Translations under genes and position numbers: made by a program | Shown: piece after piece, positions 1-11,082 of the stretch | How the letters are laid out: each line of letters starts with the position of its first letter | Numbering within the stretch: position 1 is the stretch's first letter | DNA from: Paramecium tetraurelia | Taxonomy: Eukaryota | Reading direction: 5' to 3' | NCBI GenBank assembly: GCA_000165425.1 | Contig: CT868002.1 | Location: forward strand, 124,001 to 188,000 | DNA: 64,000 nucleotides | The notes under the pieces: generated by a model | Databases searched by the model: none | The model's input: the letters and a program-made list of their open reading frames with translations, nothing else | Told to the model about the DNA's origin: nothing

Positions 1-678
1 TGGGATTCTAGAAAACTATTTCAATATGAAATGTTTCTCACATATTCAGGATAATCTGACTAGAAATCAAAAGGATGATAACTTAAAATGGTCTTTCCAA
101 TTATTATTAATACAACACCTTTCATTAGTCCCCTTGTTATTGAAATCCCAATCTCAGGTTTAAGAATTTAGAAATATTGCATAAATTAAATAATCTTAAA
201 TAATTTAGTGTAATTCTTTCTAAGTCTTATATTTCTGCGTCTAATAAAAAAAATTTTAAATTTATCTTAAATATTTAGATGTTCTATATCAAATACTAGT
301 TATTTATCAAACCATTCTAAAATTCTTTATTGTGATAACACAAAATAAATTTTACAACTTTTCGTTATTAATTTTCAAATTTACACAAAACTCTTAATCG
401 AATAATTTGCGTTACTATTTATTTTTTTTGGTACCAGCCTATTGCAATTACTAAATTTCTCTCTTTTTTTAATCAAATTACTTTCAAACAGTTAATCAAA
501 TATGAAAATTATCATGGTATTTAGATAGTCAGAGAAAGATCTAAAATGACTTAAAAACTTATGACCTATTATATTTTATGATTTTAGTAGAAACATGAAA
601 TATAAAGCTCTTAATTATAGAAATCAAATCTTCTATTGTTTTTAAAGTATCAAATATTGTTTCTTAATTAATTCCATT

Positions 679-2253
679 ATGAATTATTTCACTCTAAGAT
701 TTCATGACTCTAAGCTGGAGCGTAAATATCAAGAAAATTATTCAAATGAACTCTATGATGCTTTTAAATACACGATGCTTTTACTCTCTTTATCAAATAT
801 AGTTCTTAGCATATTTTGGATTTAAAGGTAACAATTTACTCTTGGATGCATGATGATCATTATCTGCTTGGGATAAACAATTACATTCTACTACATACTT
901 ATTAAAAAACGATTTATCACTCTAGTTGGCTACCTAATTTCCATCCTTAGTTTACTTTCATCATTTTATCAATTTCTGCCATATTTTTATACAGAATTTC
1001 AATAAAACGAATTCATTTGGATATTTGATATCTCCTAATTCATGGCACTGAATTTTGCTTTATGCCCAAATTATATATTAAATCAGTTTCTTTAGTTTCT
1101 ATTTGTTTCATCTCGATTATTTATGAGGAACTTTGCATATTTGAATCCATATTCCTTTATTTTCATATTATATTTGATACTATTTTGGTAAAAAGAGTAT
1201 TTCAGATAAAAGCATAACAGAAATTAATTTTTCTTAAAAGAACAGTAAAAATAATCTTTGTATTTATGGGATACCCTAATCTAAGAAAAAATAGTGTTAT
1301 TATCCTATGATGAGACTTGGAATAAGATTGATTTAGTATTTGCGAATTCATCAATCAAATAAATGATTGATTTAGATTCTAAAGAATTTTTAAAAGATTT
1401 TAGGATTTCCAATATTAAAACAAATTTTTATCAATATTTATTAGACCGGATTCAAGATAAGACGTTTCAATTTCAAGTGAAAGTTGTACACATTTCAAAA
1501 AAGAAATATGTAATAGATTGCATAATGAATAAATTAATTGAATTGAATATATCATTAAAATTTTCAGAAGTCTAATTAGAGAAGGAGTATTAAAATAATT
1601 ATTCCTATCTCAAGCTGTTAAAAAAGATTAAAATGATAGACAAATAACTCTACTATAATGAAATCCAAAAACACATTATATAATAGTCATACTACTTAAA
1701 AAATGTAACAATAGATTAAGTTGAGTAACTAACTCTTTCTAAGTTGCGGGCTTTTATCAATTTTATATTGAAGAAAAATCCTACAAAGGTCTTATTTCAC
1801 CTGCAGCAGTTTAATACAATTTTGCCCCTAGTCTTTACTTTGATTAGTTGTCTAAAAAAATTATATTAAATTAAGGAAATTCATTTTATAGAATTGAACT
1901 AAAACGAAATCAACTTTATTCTAATTGGAAGAGAGAAAAAAAAACTCCCTGAAACGAGAGTGGAAATTTGCAAAAAAATAATCAATCATATTGTGGATTA
2001 GGTTGGGTTGTATGAATGTGTTTTTTATATAACCTAATTTAATTGTACTTTAGTAAATATGTAATTTAAAATCGAATCAACTCCTTAGTAAAATTATTAA
2101 ATAAATATTATAATAGCTCATTTGAATGATTTTAACCAGAATCAGATCTTGATAAATTAATGTATTTAATCCAATCAATTTTCATATACCTTAAGCCATC
2201 TTATACAATTTTTTATTATATAATGCTTTAGACTTATAACATTTAAGTGCTGA
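679..2253 (+). CDS. Multi-pass membrane protein of a ciliate-type family, function unknown
   Basis: Single frame open from ATG 679 to TGA 2251-2253 under code 6. Begins MNYFTLRFHDSKLERKYQE, followed by several hydrophobic segments (~770-1190) and a soluble C-terminal half. The 3' end could be shorter if an intron was missed. Confidence 0.65.
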
Positions 2254-2916
2254 AACAACAATTTTAATTTACTCGCTGAATTATATTTCCTAAGCAAATA
2301 TTTTAGCACTAATTTGAAATTTATTTAATATAAATGGCCTTCCCTTTATTCATTTATTAAATCTATGAGAAGACACATTAAATGCAGGAAAATAATATTT
2401 ATATTATTTATATTAACACTACTCTTCTTTAGATTTCTGATAAACCCAGGTGAAAGTGTGTTGTGCTATTTCAAATCCTACCTATTACGCATATATCTTT
2501 TATATATATATAATAGTTATATGCGTATAGATTGAATTACCAAAAGAAAAATAATGGTTTATTTAACAATTTATAATAATAATTATTAAATTAATTAATA
2601 GGAGTTAATTATAATAATTTCTATATAACTTTAAGTATGTGAAATTCAAATTGGATTCAAAAATTCTTAAACTCAAGGAACAATCTCAAACTTAGATTAA
2701 CCAATTTAGTTGATGTCATATATTCTATTATTTGTTTGTTTTATCAGATTCCTATGTTTAGCAAATGTCTTACAAGAAGACATAAAAAAAAACGAATTTC
2801 TTAAATTCTTAAGAAATACGAAATGGATCGAAAAAAACAAATCCTCATGGTCAATTGGATATTTAGAATAGGAAACCATTTTTAATTTTTTAAATCAATA
2901 TCTACATATATGTACA

Positions 2917-3490
2917 TCATAAGAAGTTCACAGATTTGTCAATTACTTGGTTAAGTTCTTGACTCTTTTAATAATTGTGATTCCACTATTGGATAAGGTT
3001 TTCAACGTGGATGTTGCAATTATCAAAAATAGAATTGCTATGATTCTATTGAATGATCTAAGATATATGATCAGATGTGTAGGCCAGTAGTACGTCCTTG
3101 AATGTTACACCTTTGACCTCATTGGTTATGAGATCAATTGTGACAAGTCCATTCTTGTTGAACCATTTAGGATAATCTACAATTTTTTATAATAATTACG
3201 TTTCATCTACTCAGCTATTTGAGAAACCTATGCCATAAAACTGAAAGAATCTTAAAAAGACTGAAACTAGTATTTACGAACTAAACTACTGACATTCTAA
3301 CTATATTTATAAGGTTTACAAGAGTCCAATTCGAGTTCAACTCATGAATGCTAAGAATTTGGTTAACTTCATCAGCATTCAATTTTGTGAACTTCTTAGT
3401 GGGTACATCCGAAAAATCCTTCAACAAATACTTCAAACCAAGCAGGTTAGCTGTAGTTCTTGTATTGTTAGAAGTGAAATTCCTATACAT
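2917..3490 (-). CDS. Pterin-4a-carbinolamine dehydratase (PCD/PhhB)-fold protein, likely mitochondrial
   Basis: With two short GT..AG introns removed it reads ...LVRKYQFQSFQDSFSFMAQVSQIAEQMKHYPKWFNKNGLVTIDLITNEVKGVTFKDVLLA..., matching the PCD family pattern. The N-terminus MYRNFTSNNTRTT is basic/hydroxylated. TGA at 2919-2917. Confidence 0.8.
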
Positions 3491-3872
3491 AGATATTAAT
3501 AATGCTAAAACGATTTTCTTTAATTGGATTTAAATTAACTTAAAGTATGCAATTAATTGAATAATTTGTCATCATATTATACCTTAAGTTAATAAAATAA
3601 AATATTTTGATTTTATTAGATCTTCTAACCAAGTTGATAAATTGAATAATTCTGAATTTTTAAAATAAAAAAATATTAATAGCAATTTATCCTTTTAGAT
3701 CAATAAAATACGTCACCTGTGCTTTTCACCTCTAATTTCGAAGAGGATAAATAATAACCATTTATTTCAAAAAAAAGATTACACAAATTTGGAATTGTTC
3801 TAATAATAAAAATAATTATTATAAATTTAATTATTATCATATATATTTTTATATATTTTATAAATATCGAAA

Positions 3873-5700
3873 TCATCCTAATTAGAGATTTAGCCTACAA
3901 GTTTCAATGACTGCATTTTATACTTTTCCTTGGACAATATGACATAGCTTTTCATATTCAGCCCTTAATTTAATGTTATTCCCTTCTTGATTACTCATAA
4001 GTCGTTCTAATTCTAATATTCTCTAATGTTATAACTATAAGTTGGTTTTGTGTAAAGCGTATTGTCTTTCTTATAATATTCTTCTTTATTAAATATCATC
4101 CATTCCTCTATCTAAAATAGTATATCAATTACCTTTCTAAATGTTTAAGATGAAAAATGTTTCGTCTATTTTCCTGATTAAATTATCAATATGATGATCT
4201 AAAACAATATTATTGTTTATTAGTTTCTCTTATTTAATGCTTCTTTTGCTGATTTATAGATGTGTTTGATGAACCTTTTCCCTTTCTTATTATATTTATT
4301 CCTCAATTAATTATCTATCTCTGGTCAAATTTGTTTCTAATCTTTACATATCATCCTGGATAGATTGGCTTTCATTTTCAGCTCTCTTTTTTATTGATTA
4401 AGAAATACTTTCAAAGTCTATTAGGATTCCATCTCCCTTTTTTTTAGCAATTCGATTTAATGATTATATTTGGCTTTTTCTTCAATTAGAAGCCTACCTT
4501 CAACAGCCTTGACATTCTCATCATGATCCAATCTCATTTTTAAGAAGAACTCTTTCATCCTTAACAATTATTAGTTGTATTAATCATTAGCTTTCATTAA
4601 TGAATTGAATTTGCTCTAAATGCCATCCAATCTAGGTTACCAATTTGCAGTAATCTAATCAATTTATAACTAAATAAGTTTAATTTAATATAAACCTTAT
4701 TGTCATGTCTGATTTGGGATAACTCATGCATATATTCATTTTCTAATGCTAATACATGCTTATTTTTGGCGACATATTCATTCATCACTTCTTATTATCT
4801 GTAATCGCTAGCCTTGCCTAGTTCATCAAATTAGCGTTTAACTTAAGTATATTCTGCCTCAATGATAGATTTCCTTGTAACTTCCTCTTCAAAGTGCCTT
4901 TTAGCCATACTGACAGCTTGTTCTTTAGATAGTATCTCTTATCTTAAGGCATTCATCCTATTAGAGAGTTCTTCATTCATTAATCTGTTTTATCGCAATT
5001 CTTAATCAATTTATTCTTTCAATTAAGCAACTCTAATTGCATCATTTTTTTTGACTGCTCTTTCAGGTGGGTTTGTTGTGGCAGCAGTTTTTGGTATAGT
5101 TTTAACAGGCTAATATGTAATTCTCTATGATTCTTTGATTCCTGTTGAGTTTTTGGCCATCAAATCAGTTGATCTATTCTATTCAATCCTTTCTCTGATT
5201 TATGTTGCTAATCCTTCTGGTATCTTATTGCAAGAGACGTCTAAAAATTTTAAATTTCTATTGCCATTTAGTCCTTCTAACAAATATTGAGCTCCTTTTT
5301 CTCCAATTTCATTCCATTTTAAATTCAACGATTATAATGATGTATTCTGCTTTAACATTTAACATATTCTAGCACAATGATCAGCTTGGATTCTATTGTT
5401 TTTTAGGTCAACTAATTGTAATTGATATGAGGGATTCATTAATAAATCGCACAATGCACTAACACCTCCACCTATGGCATTCCATTCAGCAATCAATGTT
5501 CTTGCATCAGGACTTATCGAACGACAAATGCGTTCAAATCCTCTTCCATTTATATTACATCCTCTGAGTTCAATGTTTATAAATTGAGTATTTTGGGCTA
5601 AAAATTAGGCCACAACCACACAGCCTTCTTCATTTAGTATTTAATCAGATAATATTAGATTTGGAGCCTTCTGTGCTTCTAAAGCTTTCTAGAGCTTCAT
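3873..5700 (-). CDS. N-terminal RNI-type leucine-rich repeats plus long coiled coil (LRRC45-like architecture)
   Basis: LRRs IELRGCNI, LIAEWNAIG, VDLKNNRI, LNLKWNEIG and LDVSCNKI, then E/Q/K/L-rich heptad sequence. Ends ...CRLNLQLG*. Confidence 0.75.
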
Positions 5701-5910
5701 GGATTCAAATTTAAAATTAGTAGTTAATAAATGAATTATCGAGTATAAATAATATAATTACTTATATTAGAAATCAATATCATAAATTATTATATAATTT
5801 TGTTATATCATACTATTTGTAATTATAATTTTTATCATAATATATAAAGTATCTAATAAGAAAACTAAATATCAATTTGTGATAATTAAACAATATATTC
5901 CTTTAAAAGT

Positions 5911-6492
5911 TCAAAATAGAATTTCTTCGGTTTTAGAGAAGTTTTAGTTTCTAGTATTTAGTATCTGAGAATCCACAACCTTGGGACTGTCACAAACAAA
6001 TGAATTTATTAATTATCATCGAGATATGAGTAATTCATCTATATTTTTGATTTCCATTGCCTATTAATCTACTGTAAAACCCAAGAGAATGTCCTTTACT
6101 GAAATACCTGAACAGTCGTTGATAGTCATCTCCACATTGATTACATTTTCCTTTTAGATCCATTTTGGATAATCTAATAGATATTTAGAATAAATAGAAT
6201 ATGATGCATATCTTCAGCAACTGCTGAAATAGATTCCGTGAATGCAAATGTCTCTTTAAATGAATTAAACTTAAATTCTTTCTTAATTTTTGTTGTGTCC
6301 TTTGTTGGATGCCATTAGAGGGAGTGAATTTCAAGTGCTGATGCAATTTCTTCTGAATTCAATTTTAGTTGCTTAAATTGATGAAACATCTTTGAAGTCT
6401 CTCACAAATATTTTTAAGGAATTGATTATAGCTAAATTTTGGTATTTATTTAAATGACGACCCTAATTCTAGAATCGCAAAGAACCTATCAA
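5911..6492 (-). pseudogene. Pseudogenised second PCD-fold paralog
   Basis: Aligns with the 2917-3490 gene (RDFKDVSS..KLNSEEI..KKEFKFNSFKETFAF..AEDMHHYPKW..KDILLGFTVD). Lesions: a +1 frameshift near 6362-6366, the conserved-position intron (6174-6202) starting AT instead of GT, and a 10-codon insertion carrying an in-frame TGA (6016-6018). Confidence 0.75.
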
Positions 6493-6573
6493 ATGTTTAT
6501 TAATACGAACCATATTAATTTTAACGCAATGTTATGATAAGTTTTTATTTTTTTATAATAATCAAGGAATGCT

Positions 6574-7952
6574 TCAATTGCCCATAGGATTTGGTATCTT
6601 ATTTGGATCGAAATTCATTGGATATTGTTGATTTGGCATAGTTTGGCCAGGGTAGAATGCAGGTGGTTATTATTAGCCTGGAGGTGGTACCTAATTTGGC
6701 TAAGGAGGGGGTTATTAGCCAGGAGGAACATTAGGATAAGGCTGATTGATAGGAGGTAAATTTGGATATTATTGGCCTAGTGGTAAAGTCTATGCTTATT
6801 GATTTGGTGGCATTTGATTATTTGGATAGCCACCCTATGCTTAATTGTTAGGATAGTTTTAAGGTTAACCTCCTTGATAATTAGGAGGTTATTAATTATT
6901 AGGATTTGGTGCTTAATTTTGATTTGGGTACCCTTAAGGATTATTTTACATAGTTTAGGCATAATTTGGATATCCTTATTGATTAGGTTATTAGTTTGGT
7001 GGTGGATTTGGTGGATATCCTGGTGGTTGATTTGGTGGATAATTAGGTGGTTGATTTGGTGGATAGTTTGGTTGTTGATTTGGTGGATAACCAGGTGGTT
7101 AATTTGGAGGATAATTCGGTGGTTAATTTGGAGGATAACCAGGGGGTTGATTTGGAGGATAATTAGGTGGTTAATTTGGTGGATAATTTGGAGGTTGATA
7201 GGGTGGGTATCCTTATTATGGATTTGGTTAATATCCTTATTATGGATTAGGTGGGTAGTTAGGCATATAGCCTTACTGGGGATATTTTTATTATTGATTC
7301 TATGGATATCCTTAAGTTCCTTAGTAGCCTGGTTATGAATAAGGTGGTGGTTAGGGATATTATATTTATTATGGATAATTGGGAGGTTACTAATATGGCA
7401 TTTGTTAATTGTATGGTTATTGATAATAAGGAGCTCCTGGAGGTTGCATTGGTATCACATTATTTTATTGATAATATTATGGGTTTGAAGGGATTTAAGC
7501 TTAAGGTTAATATTTTGAATCAGCAAACCATTCAAACGCAATGTATAGCTATCCAGCTGATTTTCCCTGAGTTGTTAAATATTATTTAAATTACTTTGTA
7601 ACTTAAGTTGATCCATTCAGCTGGTTTAGGAACATCTACCAAATACGGTTAAATGGCTATGGAACATTCTCCAACTAAATCATCTTCAGTTACTTCATCA
7701 GCATCCCAAATTTGGATATCCACTAGGTACTCATTTGTACGTCTAAAGCTTAGGGATTGATTCCATGAAGGATGCTTTCCTGTTTATATGAATATATCTG
7801 GTACCAGCATCTGTATGTTCTCTTGTCCTTTGTCTTTAATTGCCCAGAGTGACCTTGCAATAAGGATCCATTTTGCCAAGGAATTCAGTGTCGTGAGTTA
7901 GTTTTGCTTTGAGGGGTTTGACAATTAAGGTGCCAGAACCGACTAATGACAT
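6574..7952 (-). CDS. C2-domain protein with long Pro/Gln/Tyr/Asn-rich tail
   Basis: MSLVGSGTLIVKPLKAKLTHDTEFLGKMDPYCKVTLG..GKHPSWNQSLSF..IQIWDADEVTEDDLVGEC is a C2 domain with acidic loops. Two small introns, then YPPNQPP-type repeats. Ends ...PNPMGN*. Confidence 0.85.
6990..7215 (-). repeat. Coding tandem repeat, ~24-bp unit encoding YPPNQPP(N/G)
   Basis: Imperfect repeats of ggataattaggtggttgatttggt on the + strand, inside the C2 gene. Confidence 0.85.
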
Positions 7953-7974
7953 TTTAATATTTTTATATTTGTGA

Positions 7975-9928
7975 ATGTCTAAGAAATCTAATTTGGGTAA
8001 GGCTCTACAGAGACAACAATAAAGGAAAATGAATGAAGGAGCAGCAAAAGTTCAGAATCAAGGATAGTTCTTTCATGATGGGAAGGTTGTGAAGGAGGAG
8101 TATCAAATATAATAAGAGAACTTGTAATCGATAATTGATTAGAATCCATTGAATGAATATTTGTAGATGGCAGAGATGGCAAATATCAAATATTAAGCAG
8201 AGAAGAAATCAGATGTGGTGGTAAATGAGTAGCAGAAATAAGTAAGATAAAAGTGGATAATTTTTAGTTAGTGATAAATGTAAATGCAATAAGAAAGGGA
8301 CAATTACCAAATTCATCGGTGTATGATTATTAGAAGAACCAATTGTTGGTTGACTTACAAATACCAAGAAGACCTAGATGGGATGAGAAGACTACAGTTG
8401 AGTAATTGAGGTTGATGGAGAACGAGAATTTTTTAAAGTGGAGAAAGGAATTGGCAAAGTTCGAAGAGGAACATTATTAGATCTAATTGACTCCTTATGA
8501 GAAGAATATTGAAGTTTGGAAGTAATTGTGGAGAGTGGTAGAGAAAGCAGATATTTTGGTTTAAGTGGTGGATGGAAGAGACATCCTATTCTATCATTGC
8601 AACGATCTGACTAAATACGTGCATGAGGAATAAAATAGAGTTTACAGAAAGAATCAAACAAAGATCAATTTTCTATTGATAAACAAAAGCGATTTGATTA
8701 CTGATAAAATAAGAGAGGAATGGTCTGCCTTTTTGAATTCAAAGAATTTGAATCACATGTTCTTTAGTGCCAAATTGGAATAAGAGAAAATTGATAAGGA
8801 AGAATAAGTGTAAGATGCAACTAATATCCTAATTTAATAAGAGGAACCTAAAATCGAAGAAAACTTAGAAGCATTCATTAATACACCAAGAATAGCAGAC
8901 AGAAGGATATTGTTATCAGAGTTGAAATCATTGGTGTAAAAGATTAGGAAGTAAAGATAAGAGAATGTGGAACCAACTAAAGTCATTGAATAGGATGATC
9001 ATGATATATAACATGATGAGAATACAGTCATTATTGGAATGGTTGGATATCCCAATGTGGGTAAGAGTTCAGTTATTAATGCAATATGTAATAAGAAATT
9101 AGTTGGAGTTGCAGCAAGACCTGGAAAAACAAAGCATTTTTAGACAATTCCATTGGAAAAATATCTATTAGTATTTATATTTATTCTAATTTAAGCTATG
9201 TGATTGTCCAGGTTTGATCTTCCCCAATGCTTCATCCTCTAGAGCTGAAATGGTCTGTAATGGTGTGTTACCAATTGACAACATCAAAGATTATTTAAGT
9301 CCAATGGATTTGTTGGCTGAAAGAATTCCTAAAATCGTTTTTGAGAAACTGTATGGAATCAACCTACAAGAATTCAAACTTATCGATGCTTCTACTGTGC
9401 TCTCTACTTATAGTTAGAAAAGAGGATTCATGACAGGCAGAGGATTGCCAGATGAAGCCAAAGCAGCCAAATTAATGTTAAAAGACTTCATTAATGGTAA
9501 ATTACTATTTGTGAAATTGCCTCCAAGTTATCAAGGTGACGCATTGTGGTAATCCAATCCCTTAGAGGATTTAGAGAACCTAATTCAATAACAATAATAA
9601 CAGCAAAATCAGTTAAATGACGATGCCAATATTGATAATCAATTCGAAAATCAGTTGATTCAAGAGAAGAAAATCACGAATGAAGAGATACTCGAGATAT
9701 TCACTCAAGAGAATTTAGCTCAATTGATGGAAGGGAAGAAGGTCCATGGCATCAAATTAACAAAGGAACAGAGGAGAGAGATAAAGCACAATTTCTAAAG
9801 AGGTATTATGTATTTTTAACAACATTTTAGGTGATCCTATTGACATAAAAAAATATCTTAATTTACAATAAAATTAAAAGGAAACTTTATATAAAACATA
9901 CATTCAAGGCAAAAGAGGACAAATATGA
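7975..9928 (+). CDS. LSG1: Large-subunit GTPase 1 homolog (circularly permuted GTPase, 60S biogenesis)
   Basis: IPRRPRWD, LTPYEKNIEVWKQLWRVVEKADILVQVVDGR, LLINKSDL, IGMVGYPNVGKSSVINA, PGKTKHFQT and LCDCPGLIFP. Two short introns. Confidence 0.93.
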
Positions 9929-9966
9929 GAAATATTGTGATTAGTAAAAACTCAATATTAATATAT

Positions 9967-10673
9967 TCAACAACACTTTTCTTTGTCCTTTTTGTTATCG
10001 TCTGCTTGTGGGCCAATTTTCTAGCCTGGAGTTTGTTGACTTCTCTAGGGTCTTTGAAATGTATTAATAATATAGTTACCCCTAACCTTTCTGTCCTTGA
10101 GAATCCTTTTTCACAATCAGTTTCTTTGCAAGTTAAATGAAAGCTTTGGATACTTAATCGGCAGTCTTAGCACTTGCTTCCATATGCCCCATCTTTCTTA
10201 TGGCTGCATAATCTAGAGCCTTTTGCGTGGTGACACTGACATAGTAATATCATAATCTTACGCTTTGTCTTCGATATCGCTCTTGTTTCCCAACAACAGT
10301 AACTCTACATTCTTCTCCGCATATGAATCTACCTCATTAATCCAAAATCTATCAATATCTTCAAACGATGCAAGTGAGGACACATCATAGACCATCACAA
10401 TCCCATCAGCACCCTTCCTTCAAATTCATCACATACCTTGTAATATGCACTGGTTATTGTTCGGAACCTTTCCTGTCCCGCTGTGTCCCAGATTTACAAC
10501 TTTACTTTCTTCCCGTCAATCTCTAAAGTCTTAAATCTGAAGTCCACTCCAATGGTAGTTAAATAGGAATCACTAAAAGTGTCATCTGAAAATCGCAATA
10601 GCAAGGACGACTTCCCCACTCCTGAGTTGCCCACAATCACCAACTTAAACAAATAGTCATACTCCTTAATCAT
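9967..10673 (-). CDS. RAB1: Rab1-like small GTPase
   Basis: [65 protein letters not shown] and GNKSD, with a C-terminal CC prenylation motif. Short introns. Confidence 0.9.
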
Positions 10674-11082
10674 TAGATATAATAAATATTTAAATAATTA
10701 CATCACAGAAGTCATCAGTATATATAATTCATTCCACATTAATTCATACAATTTTAAACTACATTAACACTTAATCGATTAATAATAACCAAATTCCCCA
10801 CTAGTTAGGATCCTAAAATTCTACATACTAGTTTATGATTATTCAATCCTTTCTGATTATTCCAATTCTATTTTTACCTATATCCTCTAAAAACTACTTT
10901 GAATTAAGAACCCTTATGTTCAAACATATCTTGTTCGACTCAGTATTCCATAAACATTATAGATCTCAGAAATTTATGCTGCTTATAATCAGAAAATTTA
11001 TAATAGAATTATACACCCTCATACTGATGAATCTGCAATAGACATTGATTTGAAAAATGAAATTCATATTTAATTATAGCAA

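Noticed and set aside
1..182. Possible 5' end of a minus-strand gene (MQYFQILKPEIG...)
   Set aside because: Every frame and intron combination I tried hits TGA before the window edge, so it cannot be supported.
2254..2916. Longer intergenic stretch with codon-like patches (2640-2880)
   Set aside because: No sustained frame or recognisable homology. It may be a remnant but is unsupported.
6990..7215. Regular ~24-bp repeats as a CRISPR array or telomere-like tract
   Set aside because: No unique spacers, the repeats are in-frame coding units, the context is eukaryotic, and they are not C4A2/C3A3 telomeric repeats.
6799..7338. 179-aa Trp/Ile/Arg-rich ORF on + strand that looks like an exotic membrane or antimicrobial peptide
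   Set aside because: It is the antisense shadow of the Pro-rich (CCA/CCT) repeats in the minus-strand C2 gene.
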